A stretch of DNA of 64,000 nt from Pontiella sp. GTDB taxonomy: Bacteria > Verrucomicrobiota > Kiritimatiellia > Kiritimatiellales > Pontiellaceae. Shown here piece by piece: positions 1-7,535 of this stretch (positions are counted from its first letter, which is position 1; the number at the start of each line of letters is the position of its first letter). The notes under the pieces are model-generated. The model was given only the letters and a program-made list of their open reading frames with translations, was not told the origin of the DNA and searched no databases. A program made the translations under genes and the position numbers. Location of the stretch: the NCBI GenBank assembly GCA_050290185.1, contig JBNKHE010000005.1, positions 1 to 64,000 of the forward strand, written 5' to 3'.

Positions 1-153
1 TATATCCTTAAAGGTTTTTCTTTCATCATCCGTTGCGTTGAATTCACGATATGTGCCGTATACGACATGATGACAAGCGCAGAATATTCCTACGGGCTTC
101 CCGGTTTGGCCGTTGTATCGGGCTTGAATGCGTACGTATTTCTTTGCTTCCAT
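1..153 (-). CDS. Gene cassette 6, hypothetical protein (5' part only, truncated by window edge)
   Basis: ATG at 153 shortly after the attC R' box; hand-translated open frame MEAKKYVRIQARYNGQTGKPVGIFCACHH... to position 1. Confidence 0.8.
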   Translation of the reverse strand, partial: MEAKKYVRIQARYNGQTGKPVGIFCACHHVVYGTYREFNATDDERKTFKDI

Positions 154-171
154 AATATCTTATTTTTCTAC

Positions 172-262
172 AGATAACGTTTGGTGTGACCCGCCCGGCA
201 CAGAACCGAATGGAACGAAGAAAAACGCGCTTTACCGGGTAGGGTCCATGCCCTGGTTCGCT
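172..262 (-). repeat. attC site (cassette 5)
   Basis: Minus strand AGCGAAC-CAGGGCATGGACCCTACCCGG...CCGGGCGGGTCACACCAAAC-GTTATCT. Confidence 0.95.
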
Positions 263-264
263 TT

Positions 265-543
265 TTATTTATTAGGGTTTCTTTTTTTGATTTCACTCAG
301 AGAAAGCTGAGGAGAGAGGGACTCTTTTGAATATTGATACCAATGATATTCCCTGATCTCAAATAATCCATCGTAATCATTATCGAGGAATCCATAATCT
401 GCATCTTCGGTTAGTTCATATTCGTAAAAAATGTAATCAATTTTTCCATCACCATTCCGATCTTTCTCGGTAGTGATTACGGAAGTACAACCTGCCAGAC
501 AAAAGGCTGAGATGATGACCAATGATATTGATAGGTTTTTCAT
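265..543 (-). CDS. Gene cassette 5, small acidic lipoprotein with DxxxDG-type Ca-binding-like loops
   Basis: MKNLSISLVIISAFCLAGC lipobox; DRNGDGKID and DNDYDGLFE motifs; ATG at 543 preferred to TTG at 549. Confidence 0.8.
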   Translation of the reverse strand: MKNLSISLVIISAFCLAGCTSVITTEKDRNGDGKIDYIFYEYELTEDADYGFLDNDYDGLFEIREYHWYQYSKESLSPQLSLSEIKKRNPNK

Positions 544-551
544 ATTCAATT

Positions 552-638
552 AGCGAACGTTACTCATGACCCGCTTGGGAATCAGATGTTGCCTTCAAAA
601 CGGGCGTTGTCCAAGTAGGGTCAATGAGCTGGTTAAGC
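552..638 (-). repeat. attC site (cassette 4, divergent variant)
   Basis: Minus strand GCTTAAC-CAGCTCATTGACCCTACTTGG...CCAAGCGGGTCATGAGTAAC-GTTCGCT; the TAA stop of the upstream gene lies inside R''. Confidence 0.95.
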
Positions 639-1613
639 ATCCTTTGCTCTTTCTTCTTGGTCTTCTATTACAGATTCTAAAATCTTCCGATAAGCTGCTT
701 CTGTGATGTTGGGTAGATGCGGAACCGCAACTCGGTTTAAAAAATCGGAAATGTCATCATCCAGCCAAATCTGTCGAACTTGACTATTTTCACTGCCGGC
801 AGAGAAAATTCGTTCAACTTCTTTGAGTGAGAAGTAGGAATACTCATCCAGTTTTCCAATAATATTGTGCGTGGTGGCAAATGAACCTGAAGATGCTAGA
901 TCATCAATTAGTGCATCCTTATTCTTGTCAAAGGAAAATGCTACTCCATCAAAATGTTCGGCCATGAACTCGGACAGGGTGCGATAAACAAATAGCTTAG
1001 ATGACTTTTTGTCGTGCCATTCTTCTGAAAGAAATGGATGGACAGAATGTTCATTTAGTACGGAATAAAAATCTCCATCTGCACTAATTACATGAAGGTC
1101 TTCTTCATTTGGAACGGATTCTAAAAGTTGAATCCAGTTGATTGCGTCTCCGATTGAATCATTTTTCCCTGGAGGATTCCCGATAGCCATTCTAATGGTT
1201 GATTTTTGATAAATATCCTCTGTCGTAGAGATCGTTTCGTATTTCGCGAAAATATCTCCAATCAAACGATCTGCCATCAAGTTTTTTTCTGCAATGTCTC
1301 CATTGACTACTTTTAGAATTGCTTTGTGTTTGGATTGTAGCTCAGAGCAAAGGCGACGTAGTTCAGCTGATTCACCATACTCCTTCATGAAAGAAGGAAT
1401 CTGAGCGTTAAATTTTACATCCGTAAATCGTTTAAGGGCATCTTTGATTTTCGACTCACGGTTGCGCTTAAACTCATCGCAAACTTGCTCTGTAAGGTAC
1501 ACTGTTGCGGAACCATGCTCATGCGATGCAAACACATTGTTTAGTGCATCAAGCTCATCCTTTGAAAAGTGGTAGAAACTAAGAAGGATATTTGTGTCTA
1601 TAAATACATGCAT
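633..1613 (-). CDS. Gene cassette 4, PIN-like domain protein (DUF4935/PIN-like family), 326 aa
   Basis: N-terminal MHVFIDTNILL PIN motif, V..EF acidic residue, GDAINW and ISADGDF motifs; start set to 1613 because the ORF-track extension crosses the attC. Confidence 0.85.
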   Translation of the reverse strand: MHVFIDTNILLSFYHFSKDELDALNNVFASHEHGSATVYLTEQVCDEFKRNRESKIKDALKRFTDVKFNAQIPSFMKEYGESAELRRLCSELQSKHKAILKVVNGDIAEKNLMADRLIGDIFAKYETISTTEDIYQKSTIRMAIGNPPGKNDSIGDAINWIQLLESVPNEEDLHVISADGDFYSVLNEHSVHPFLSEEWHDKKSSKLFVYRTLSEFMAEHFDGVAFSFDKNKDALIDDLASSGSFATTHNIIGKLDEYSYFSLKEVERIFSAGSENSQVRQIWLDDDISDFLNRVAVPHLPNITEAAYRKILESVIEDQEERAKDA

Positions 1614-1624
1614 AATATTTTTTT

Positions 1625-1714
1625 GCTTAACGTTTGGTGTGACCCGCCCGGGAATAAACCGTCCGGCATGAAAATTGTGCGTTTTACCGGGTAGGGTCCA
1701 TGCCCTGGTTCGCA
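1625..1714 (-). repeat. attC site (cassette 3)
   Basis: Minus strand TGCGAAC-CAGGGCATGGACCCTACCCGG...CCGGGCGGGTCACACCAAAC-GTTAAGC; arms identical to attC at 172-262. Confidence 0.95.
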
Positions 1715-1719
1715 ATGTT

Positions 1720-2034
1720 TTATGATGATTCTCCAATGGCCTGACTGATCCCGTACAGACCTAACGAAATTCCCCCAATAAAGAGAATGGCGAAATCGAG
1801 TTTCAATATCGCTTTGAGCTTTCGGGATTGAGTATTCCCAATTTCATCACAGGTATCAAAGACTCGCTTAACAACTGTTCGATCACCCAAACGGAAAATC
1901 GTGCCTGCCGAAAATACCTCCCGATATTCATCGGAGAGTGTTGCCAGTTTCTTAAACAAAGCGAATACATTTGCCATTATGATCATGTGGAAAATGATCA
2001 GGACTACAGCTCCAATTATGATTGGTATCGGCAT
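1720..2034 (-). CDS. Gene cassette 3, small protein with two predicted TM segments, 104 aa
   Basis: ATG 2034 preceded by AGGA; hydrophobic N- and C-terminal stretches. Confidence 0.8.
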   Translation of the reverse strand: MPIPIIIGAVVLIIFHMIIMANVFALFKKLATLSDEYREVFSAGTIFRLGDRTVVKRVFDTCDEIGNTQSRKLKAILKLDFAILFIGGISLGLYGISQAIGESS

Positions 2035-2047
2035 CTTATTTTTATCC

Positions 2048-2136
2048 TGCGAACGTTTGGTGTGACCCGCCTCGGGATTGACTATTGGCACGAAGATTGT
2101 GCGTTGGCCGAGGTAGGGTCCATACGCTGGTTGGAA
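2048..2136 (-). repeat. attC site (cassette 2)
   Basis: Minus strand TTCCAAC-CAGCGTATGGACCCTACCTCGG...CCGAGGCGGGTCACACCAAAC-GTTCGCA. Confidence 0.95.
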
Positions 2137-2585
2137 GTTTCTTTGTTGCTAAGCATGAACCCCCATTTACTGATATATTCATCAATAGCGTCGCAATAAT
2201 TAAAAGATATCAATGTCCATAGGTTGTTATATTTCTCAAATGTTAATGTAATGTATCTCGTGGGTTTGGTGTAAAAAGCGTACGAGGCAATGAATAGACG
2301 ATCGGTTAACTGAAAAGTGCTTATTAATTCCCATCCTTCTGGTTCTGATATTCCCTGAATGTTAGTGCGCATTTTTGTCCAAAATGGATTCTCTTCCTCA
2401 CTGTTGCTTTTAATTATGAGGCCAGCTTGTTCTGCAGTCATTTTAAAGGCATCAAAATCTTGGTTCTGCATTGCCGAAAAAATTCGCTCAGCTACAACGG
2501 TGTAATCGTTTGTTGCGCAGTGTTGTGCATGTGCAAGATTTACAACTAAGATTAAAATAATCGTTATAATGCTCAGATTCTTCAT
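2082..2585 (-). CDS. Gene cassette 2, secreted hypothetical protein, 167 aa
   Basis: Signal peptide ending AHA-Q; AAGGA upstream; reading frame continues into its attC. Confidence 0.8.
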   Translation of the reverse strand: MKNLSIITIILILVVNLAHAQHCATNDYTVVAERIFSAMQNQDFDAFKMTAEQAGLIIKSNSEEENPFWTKMRTNIQGISEPEGWELISTFQLTDRLFIASYAFYTKPTRYITLTFEKYNNLWTLISFNYCDAIDEYISKWGFMLSNKETSNQRMDPTSANAQSSCQ

Positions 2586-2595
2586 TTATTCATCC

Positions 2596-2687
2596 TTCCA
2601 ACGAAATGGTGTGAGCTGCGCGGGACATAAACGTCTGGCACGATAGAAATTGCGATTTACCGCGTAAGCTCCATGCCCTGGTTGGAG
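2596..2687 (-). repeat. attC site (cassette 1)
   Basis: Minus strand CTCCAAC-CAGGGCATGGAGCTTACGCGG...CCGCGCAGCTCACACCATTTC-GTTGGAA; compensatory stem changes relative to the other attCs. Confidence 0.93.
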
Positions 2688-3070
2688 TTATTTAATTGTT
2701 TATTGGGGGATATATTCATAGTTCCTGAGAGACTGTCAGATGGTGAATTACATTTGAATGTATATGCGACGAATAGAGTTCCGTCATCCTGTTCATGAAA
2801 CTCAAGTTTCTCATACTTTTCGGGGTCAAATATGTTGCCAGCTTCTTCAGGAATAAAGGAATACAGAGTGTTTGCATCAGATGGCCAATGACCCTTAATG
2901 GATTGATAGCCCCAAAGAGCAACAGTGAGGTTCCAAAGTTGGCTTCCTGAATTGGTTATCTTTGTTGTAGCTTGCTGTAAATCATTTGGCTGATTTGTGG
3001 TCAGGTTGCTAGTGCCGCACCCGACTATGGTCAGCAAAAACAAACTCAGAATATAAATCATCCCATTCAT
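2657..3070 (-). CDS. Gene cassette 1, hypothetical lipoprotein, 137 aa
   Basis: Lipobox IVGC after hydrophobic leader; GGAG upstream; frame ends inside its attC. Confidence 0.8.
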   Translation of the reverse strand: MNGMIYILSLFLLTIVGCGTSNLTTNQPNDLQQATTKITNSGSQLWNLTVALWGYQSIKGHWPSDANTLYSFIPEEAGNIFDPEKYEKLEFHEQDDGTLFVAYTFKCNSPSDSLSGTMNISPNKQLNNSNQGMELTR

Positions 3071-3076
3071 TTACTA

Positions 3077-3113
3077 CTCCAACAGTTGATTAGGTAGAAA
3101 TGAATTCTGCCTA
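3077..3113 (-). promoter_or_regulatory. attI recombination site
   Basis: Minus strand ACCTAAT-CAACT-GTTGGAG = L box, 5-nt spacer, R box, the same geometry as attI1; GTTGGAG complements R'' CTCCAAC of the first cassette; no attC hairpin upstream. Confidence 0.88.
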
Positions 3114-3157
3114 GTTATTTCCTTAACACAATGTTTTTTCTGTGTTAGGTAGAATTT

Positions 3158-4540
3158 ATGAATAAAGAGTGTGATAAAAAATATAAAACAAAGAAAGAGT
3201 GTGAGTTTTGGACGGGATATGCTGAAAAGCTTAATGAAAAAGGGATTTTAGGGCATAATGCGGAGTGGCATGTCATCCGAGCTCAAGAGTTTGTATATGG
3301 TTTGGAAGGTCTTAAACTGTACGATGTCAATTCTGCCTATCTCGATTCCTATATCTCTGAATTAGGCAGAAAGCCTGAGTGGGTTAGTTGGCAGGTGCGG
3401 CAGGTGATTTCGGCTCTGCGGATTCTGTTTGTGGAAATGACACGGCTGGATTGGCCTAGGTCGTTTGACTGGAAAGGTCGAATGGCTGGCTGCCAGGATT
3501 TGGCGCCGACCCATGCAACTTTGGCGCGGGATATTCCGACAAGACCGTTGCAAGAGGCCAATATTAAGTTTGCGGAACCGACTGAGGAAGCTCTGCAGAA
3601 AGTGCAACGGTTGAGGGAGGTTATGCGGGTTCGCGGGATGTCGATCCGTACGGAGCAGACGTATGAGGAGTGGGTTCTTCGGTTTGTTTCTTTTTGTGGC
3701 GGCGGCTTTCCTGATGATCCGTTGAAGGTGCGTGATTTTCTGGAGTATCTGGCCCTTGTTCGTCTGGTTGCGCCGGCGACTCAGGCGCAGGCCTTGAATG
3801 CGTTGGTTTTCATGTATGGTCAGGTGTTGGAAGAGGACATGGGCGATTTGGGCTCGTATCGGCGTCCTGCGCGCAGGAAACGGTTGCCGGTGGTGTTGTC
3901 GAGGATGGAGGTCGATGCGTTGCTTAAGCAATTGAGCGGGAGGCAGGCTTTGATGGCTACGCTGTTGTACGGTGCAGGGTTGCGTTTGATGGAGTGCATC
4001 CGGTTGCGTGTACAGCATATCGATTTTGACAACCACTATATTACGGTGGTGGATGGCAAGGGAGGGAAGGATCGTCGTGTTCCGTTGCCGCAGCGTGTTG
4101 TTGAGCCTCTTCGGGCTCATCTTGTGGAAATGGAGCGGCAGCACGTGGAAGATTTGCGGGCAGGATTTGGGGCGGTGTATTTGCCGGAGTCGTTGAGGCG
4201 CAAGTCTCCGAATGCCTGCAGAGAATGGAAGTGGCAGTATGTGTTTGCCTCGTCGAGGATCAGTACGGATCCGCGAACAGATATGAAACGACGACATCAT
4301 ATTCATGAGAACAGTCTTCAGAAGGCGGTTAAGGCGGCTGCTGAAAAGGCCGGAATTGAGAAGCGGGTGACGTGCCATACGTTGCGGCATTCGTTTGCGA
4401 CCCATTTGCTGGAGGGCGGCGCGGATATCCGGACGGTGCAGGAGTTGCTGGGGCATTCGGATGTTTCGACGACGATGATTTATACGCATGTGATGAATCG
4501 GCCTGGGGTTTCGGTGCGGAGCCCTTTGGATTTGTTGTAG
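3158..4540 (+). CDS. intI: Integron integrase (long form with N-terminal extension)
   Basis: [39 protein letters not shown] catalytic motifs plus the IntI-specific insertion [25 protein letters not shown]. Confidence 0.97.
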   Translation: MNKECDKKYKTKKECEFWTGYAEKLNEKGILGHNAEWHVIRAQEFVYGLEGLKLYDVNSAYLDSYISELGRKPEWVSWQVRQVISALRILFVEMTRLDWPRSFDWKGRMAGCQDLAPTHATLARDIPTRPLQEANIKFAEPTEEALQKVQRLREVMRVRGMSIRTEQTYEEWVLRFVSFCGGGFPDDPLKVRDFLEYLALVRLVAPATQAQALNALVFMYGQVLEEDMGDLGSYRRPARRKRLPVVLSRMEVDALLKQLSGRQALMATLLYGAGLRLMECIRLRVQHIDFDNHYITVVDGKGGKDRRVPLPQRVVEPLRAHLVEMERQHVEDLRAGFGAVYLPESLRRKSPNACREWKWQYVFASSRISTDPRTDMKRRHHIHENSLQKAVKAAAEKAGIEKRVTCHTLRHSFATHLLEGGADIRTVQELLGHSDVSTTMIYTHVMNRPGVSVRSPLDLL

Positions 4541-4635
4541 CGACGGGGTTTGCGGATTGAGGTTTGCAGGGCTCGAGTGCCGTAACGAAACGATTGCTGT
4601 TGAGTGCGCTGAAGCCCTCTGTGGCTGGTTGCCGG

Positions 4636-6234
4636 TTACCTGAATTCGGGCAACGCCCATATTGACGGGCCAGCGTATGGGTAGTTCCTGCGCGTGGACT
4701 CTACAAGTAATTCCAGTTGTTTAGCACCTTGTGGTATTTCGATATGGATGGAAACCGTTTTGAAACCATATTCACGCAGAGGCTTGGAACAATAGACCTG
4801 CTTTCCATCAATATTGATCATATAGCGCCATCTGCCGCTAAAGTTGCCACTCGGAGCAACCCCCCAAGCGGAAAATGTTTCGGCCCACGAGGGAATTGCA
4901 TAGGCCACTTTGCTTGGAGCGGGCGCGTAAATGTAATCGGCCACTTCTTTTCCGTTCACTTTAACCTGCGAGCCTGGATTTCGGCATTTTCCGTAGAAGA
5001 CTCCTTCGCCAACGTATTTCGGGTTGCCCGCCGAATGCTCCAGCGCAGCATCCTGCCCAAAAACAGTTGGTCCGTATCCTAACCGTGTTTCATCGCCAGA
5101 TCCTAACCGAGTCTCTGATGAACCGTCCTGATCGCCGGAGTCCTGTTGTGCTGTTAATTTTGGCCGCGGAGCTTTATTTGTTCCTGAAAATTCAAACAAG
5201 GGCAAAAGCCACTGCGTTCCTCCCTTGGCATTTACTACAGGGGTTGTCCAATCGCGAATCAGTAGTCTCGAGTTGGATAGTTCCGGAGCCTCCCAACCAT
5301 GTGAACCAATGCGTTGCACAAGCAATTTTCTCTTCGATTTAGGTGATTTACGGATAAACAGATAATCGGTAACTCCCTCATTGTCCGTTTGCGGAATAAG
5401 AATTGCAGGCACACGTTCCATGGCAAGATCAATGAATATCCGGCTCTCACGCCTAGCGAGTCGCTCTGTTTTCTTGGCGTCATCCATGAGATCCATGCGG
5501 TTACATTCAGTCAACTCAAAGGCAATACTGGAGTTGTTCAGGGCTTCCTTTAATTCAATGACATTTTGCGCATTGCTTGGTAGTAGTTGCTGAAGCGTCT
5601 CAATCAGAGCGGTGCAATCGATGATTTTGTCCCCAAGAGGTTTGGGTGGAGTAAATGCGATAGCTGAACGCGTGTACTTTTCAACCTCTCTGTATGGAGC
5701 AGAATACTCAACTCCCCATGGGTTGTAAAAATACATTTCTTTACGCGTGTCGCTATAACCGATCACCACTAAAGCATGGCCGCCACCACTACCTCCAAAA
5801 TTATCCCCAGCCCATGTGATATACATCGGACCCTCATGCACCAGTGCTTCCTTAAACCGAGGCAATGTTTTCTTTATAAACTCATCTACATTTCCGGGAG
5901 TATGCTTGTTTTCAATTTGATGATACCGGAAACCAAAATTCTCCATAGCGCGCGCCATATCCATGGGATTTGTCCCATAATCATCCATAGAAGCTTGCGA
6001 TGAGAGTTCGGCCATTTGCTGCTGATCCGTCTTAATGCCATGATATTTTGCAATCCACGCCCCTGCAGCAGGTACACAATATCCTTTTCCCACCTGAACA
6101 ATCTCAGGCAGGTCGTGAAGCTTGAAGTTGAGCGGTAAATCATCCGGCTTCGCCGTTTTTTCCTCCTGTGCTAACGAACACAGGGTCAAACCGATAGTTG
6201 TGAGTATAATGAAAATTCCGGGGTGCTTTTTCAT
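4636..6234 (-). CDS. Secreted C39-like (papain-fold) peptidase with C-terminal NPCBM/NEW2-like domain
   Basis: Signal peptide; Q...YCVPAA, GHALVVIGY and FYNPWG motifs; C-terminal IYAPAPSKVAYAIP...IDGKQVY...LELLV...IWALP. Confidence 0.7.
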   Translation of the reverse strand: MKKHPGIFIILTTIGLTLCSLAQEEKTAKPDDLPLNFKLHDLPEIVQVGKGYCVPAAGAWIAKYHGIKTDQQQMAELSSQASMDDYGTNPMDMARAMENFGFRYHQIENKHTPGNVDEFIKKTLPRFKEALVHEGPMYITWAGDNFGGSGGGHALVVIGYSDTRKEMYFYNPWGVEYSAPYREVEKYTRSAIAFTPPKPLGDKIIDCTALIETLQQLLPSNAQNVIELKEALNNSSIAFELTECNRMDLMDDAKKTERLARRESRIFIDLAMERVPAILIPQTDNEGVTDYLFIRKSPKSKRKLLVQRIGSHGWEAPELSNSRLLIRDWTTPVVNAKGGTQWLLPLFEFSGTNKAPRPKLTAQQDSGDQDGSSETRLGSGDETRLGYGPTVFGQDAALEHSAGNPKYVGEGVFYGKCRNPGSQVKVNGKEVADYIYAPAPSKVAYAIPSWAETFSAWGVAPSGNFSGRWRYMINIDGKQVYCSKPLREYGFKTVSIHIEIPQGAKQLELLVESTRRNYPYAGPSIWALPEFR

Positions 6235-6296
6235 ATCTGTTTACTCTTTGCTTATACGTACGGGCTGCGCGGGGCTTATGCGTGGGGCATGAAATA

Positions 6297-6871
6297 TGAA
6301 ACGGGGCCGGCAGGATGCCGGCGGTACGAATACGGGCGGATTTTCGATGAACCCAAGACGGGCTCGGCCGCCCTTCGACTTGGCTCAGGGCAAGCTGCCG
6401 CCCTTGGTCTTGCTTCTACCTTCCTGGTGATACGTGCCGCGGCGCATAATCATTTGCTACATACTAATAATGATTCGATCCGATGTTCAAATTATAAACC
6501 CAACGATTCTTTGTGTTCATGAATGAAAAGTGAAAGGGGGATTTGTTGTTGGGTTGTTGAATGGAGGTTGTTTGGGGAGGGAGAGAAGACGGAGGGCAGA
6601 AGACGGAGGACGGAGGGGGGAATTGGACTGATCGGACATATTGGACGGATTGTTTGGGAGGAAGGTCGAAAACGACAGAGCGGACTGACCGGGGTTGGGG
6701 GGCCTTCGATGGGACTCAGGGTAGGCCCTTCGACTTTGCTCAGGGCAGGCGGGGGCATCCGCCTTCGCTAAAGCTATGGCGGACAAGGGGGGATTTGTTG
6801 TTGGGTTGTTGAATGAGGGTTGTTTGGGGGGATGACGCTTGAAACGGGGCCGGCGAGACGCCGGCGGTACG
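6297..6871. repeat. Cluster of REP-like palindromes, direct repeats and short tandem repeats
   Basis: 32-bp palindromic unit at 6297-6328 and 6840-6871; CCTTCGA..CTCAGGG units at 6371, 6703 and 6726; ~44-bp direct repeat at 6534-6577 and 6785-6829; hairpin 6759-6782. Confidence 0.85.
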
Positions 6872-6894
6872 GGCAAGGGGGGCAGAGGGGGGAT

Positions 6895-7272
6895 TTAAAT
6901 CGGGCTTTTTTTATCTGCCTTCTCTGCTGGTGCTTCAAACTGGGCGCAGGTGTCGGTGGCCTGGACTTCTTTTTTGTGCCGGGCGCAGAATTGGGTGAAG
7001 GGATTGACGATGTAGTTGGCGCAATAGCGGCATAGCCGGCGGTTTTCGTTGTCGTCGAATATTTCGATGGCGGCTGAGCGGTCGGCTTCGGTGAAAATGA
7101 CCGGGTCGGATTTTTTTTCTTTGAACGGCACATCGCTTTCGGAGGCATATTCAAAGCCGCAAGCGGTGCAGGTCAGTTTTTCGCCGACTTTTGAAAAGCC
7201 TTCGTAGATGGCCTCGCGTTTGATCAGGGTATCTGCTCCGCATTTTCTGCATATGATTTCCACAGCCTTCAT
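6895..7272 (-). CDS. Cys-rich hypothetical protein (probable Zn-binding)
   Basis: CRKC, CTAC, CRYC and further Cys/His residues in 125 aa. Confidence 0.75.
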   Translation of the reverse strand: MKAVEIICRKCGADTLIKREAIYEGFSKVGEKLTCTACGFEYASESDVPFKEKKSDPVIFTEADRSAAIEIFDDNENRRLCRYCANYIVNPFTQFCARHKKEVQATDTCAQFEAPAEKADKKSPI

Positions 7273-7535
7273 GATGTGTATTGCGTAATGTCTACCCGGT
7301 AAAGAATCAATCTGAATCGTTCGCGAGACTGTATTTTGTGCGCCGAGTGGATGTGGTGCATGTCTCCCGGCCGGGGCGTGCGTTCCGCATGTGGAGCAAC
7401 CCGCACTATAACTTTGAGGAAGAGCAGGAGATTATTCAGGAGACTTAAGACCCATGTGCCTTTCGGGTAGAAAATGGAGGTGGTTTCCTGTAGACCTAAC
7501 GAACAACTATAACAATCAACCTCGGAGAGGTTTTA

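Larger units (their letters stand above)
1..4540. mobile_element. Integron (intI + attI + cassette array of >=6 cassettes, open at left edge)
   Basis: IntI-type tyrosine recombinase divergent from a co-oriented array of AT-rich single ORFs, each followed by an ~87-92 bp attC-type imperfect inverted repeat with AAC...GTT core boxes. Confidence 0.97.

Noticed and set aside
1614..1736. N-terminal extension of the PIN ORF (633..1736 in the ORF track), and similarly 2035-2091
   Set aside because: The extensions cross attC sites and cassette boundaries; the ATGs at 1613 and 2034 fit cassette structure and protein motifs
172..2687. CRISPR array interpretation of the recurring ~90-bp repeats
   Set aside because: Repeats are separated by whole ORFs of 0.3-1 kb, carry attC core boxes and sit beside intI; no cas genes
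3302..3330. Cassette promoter Pc inside intI (minus-strand TTGACA at 3325-3330)
   Set aside because: No acceptable -10 hexamer at 16-18 nt spacing
4566..4640. attC downstream of the C39-like gene
   Set aside because: Only a weak hairpin (AGGGCTCGAGTGC/GCGCTGAAGCCCT); no family arms or matching core boxes, and on the wrong side of intI
3362..4660. 432-aa antisense ORF over intI
   Set aside because: Shadow frame from codon bias; Arg/His/Gln/Pro-rich with no motifs
6223..6876. Several 80-120 aa ORFs in the repeat patchwork
   Set aside because: Low-complexity translations of repeats, overlapping on both strands
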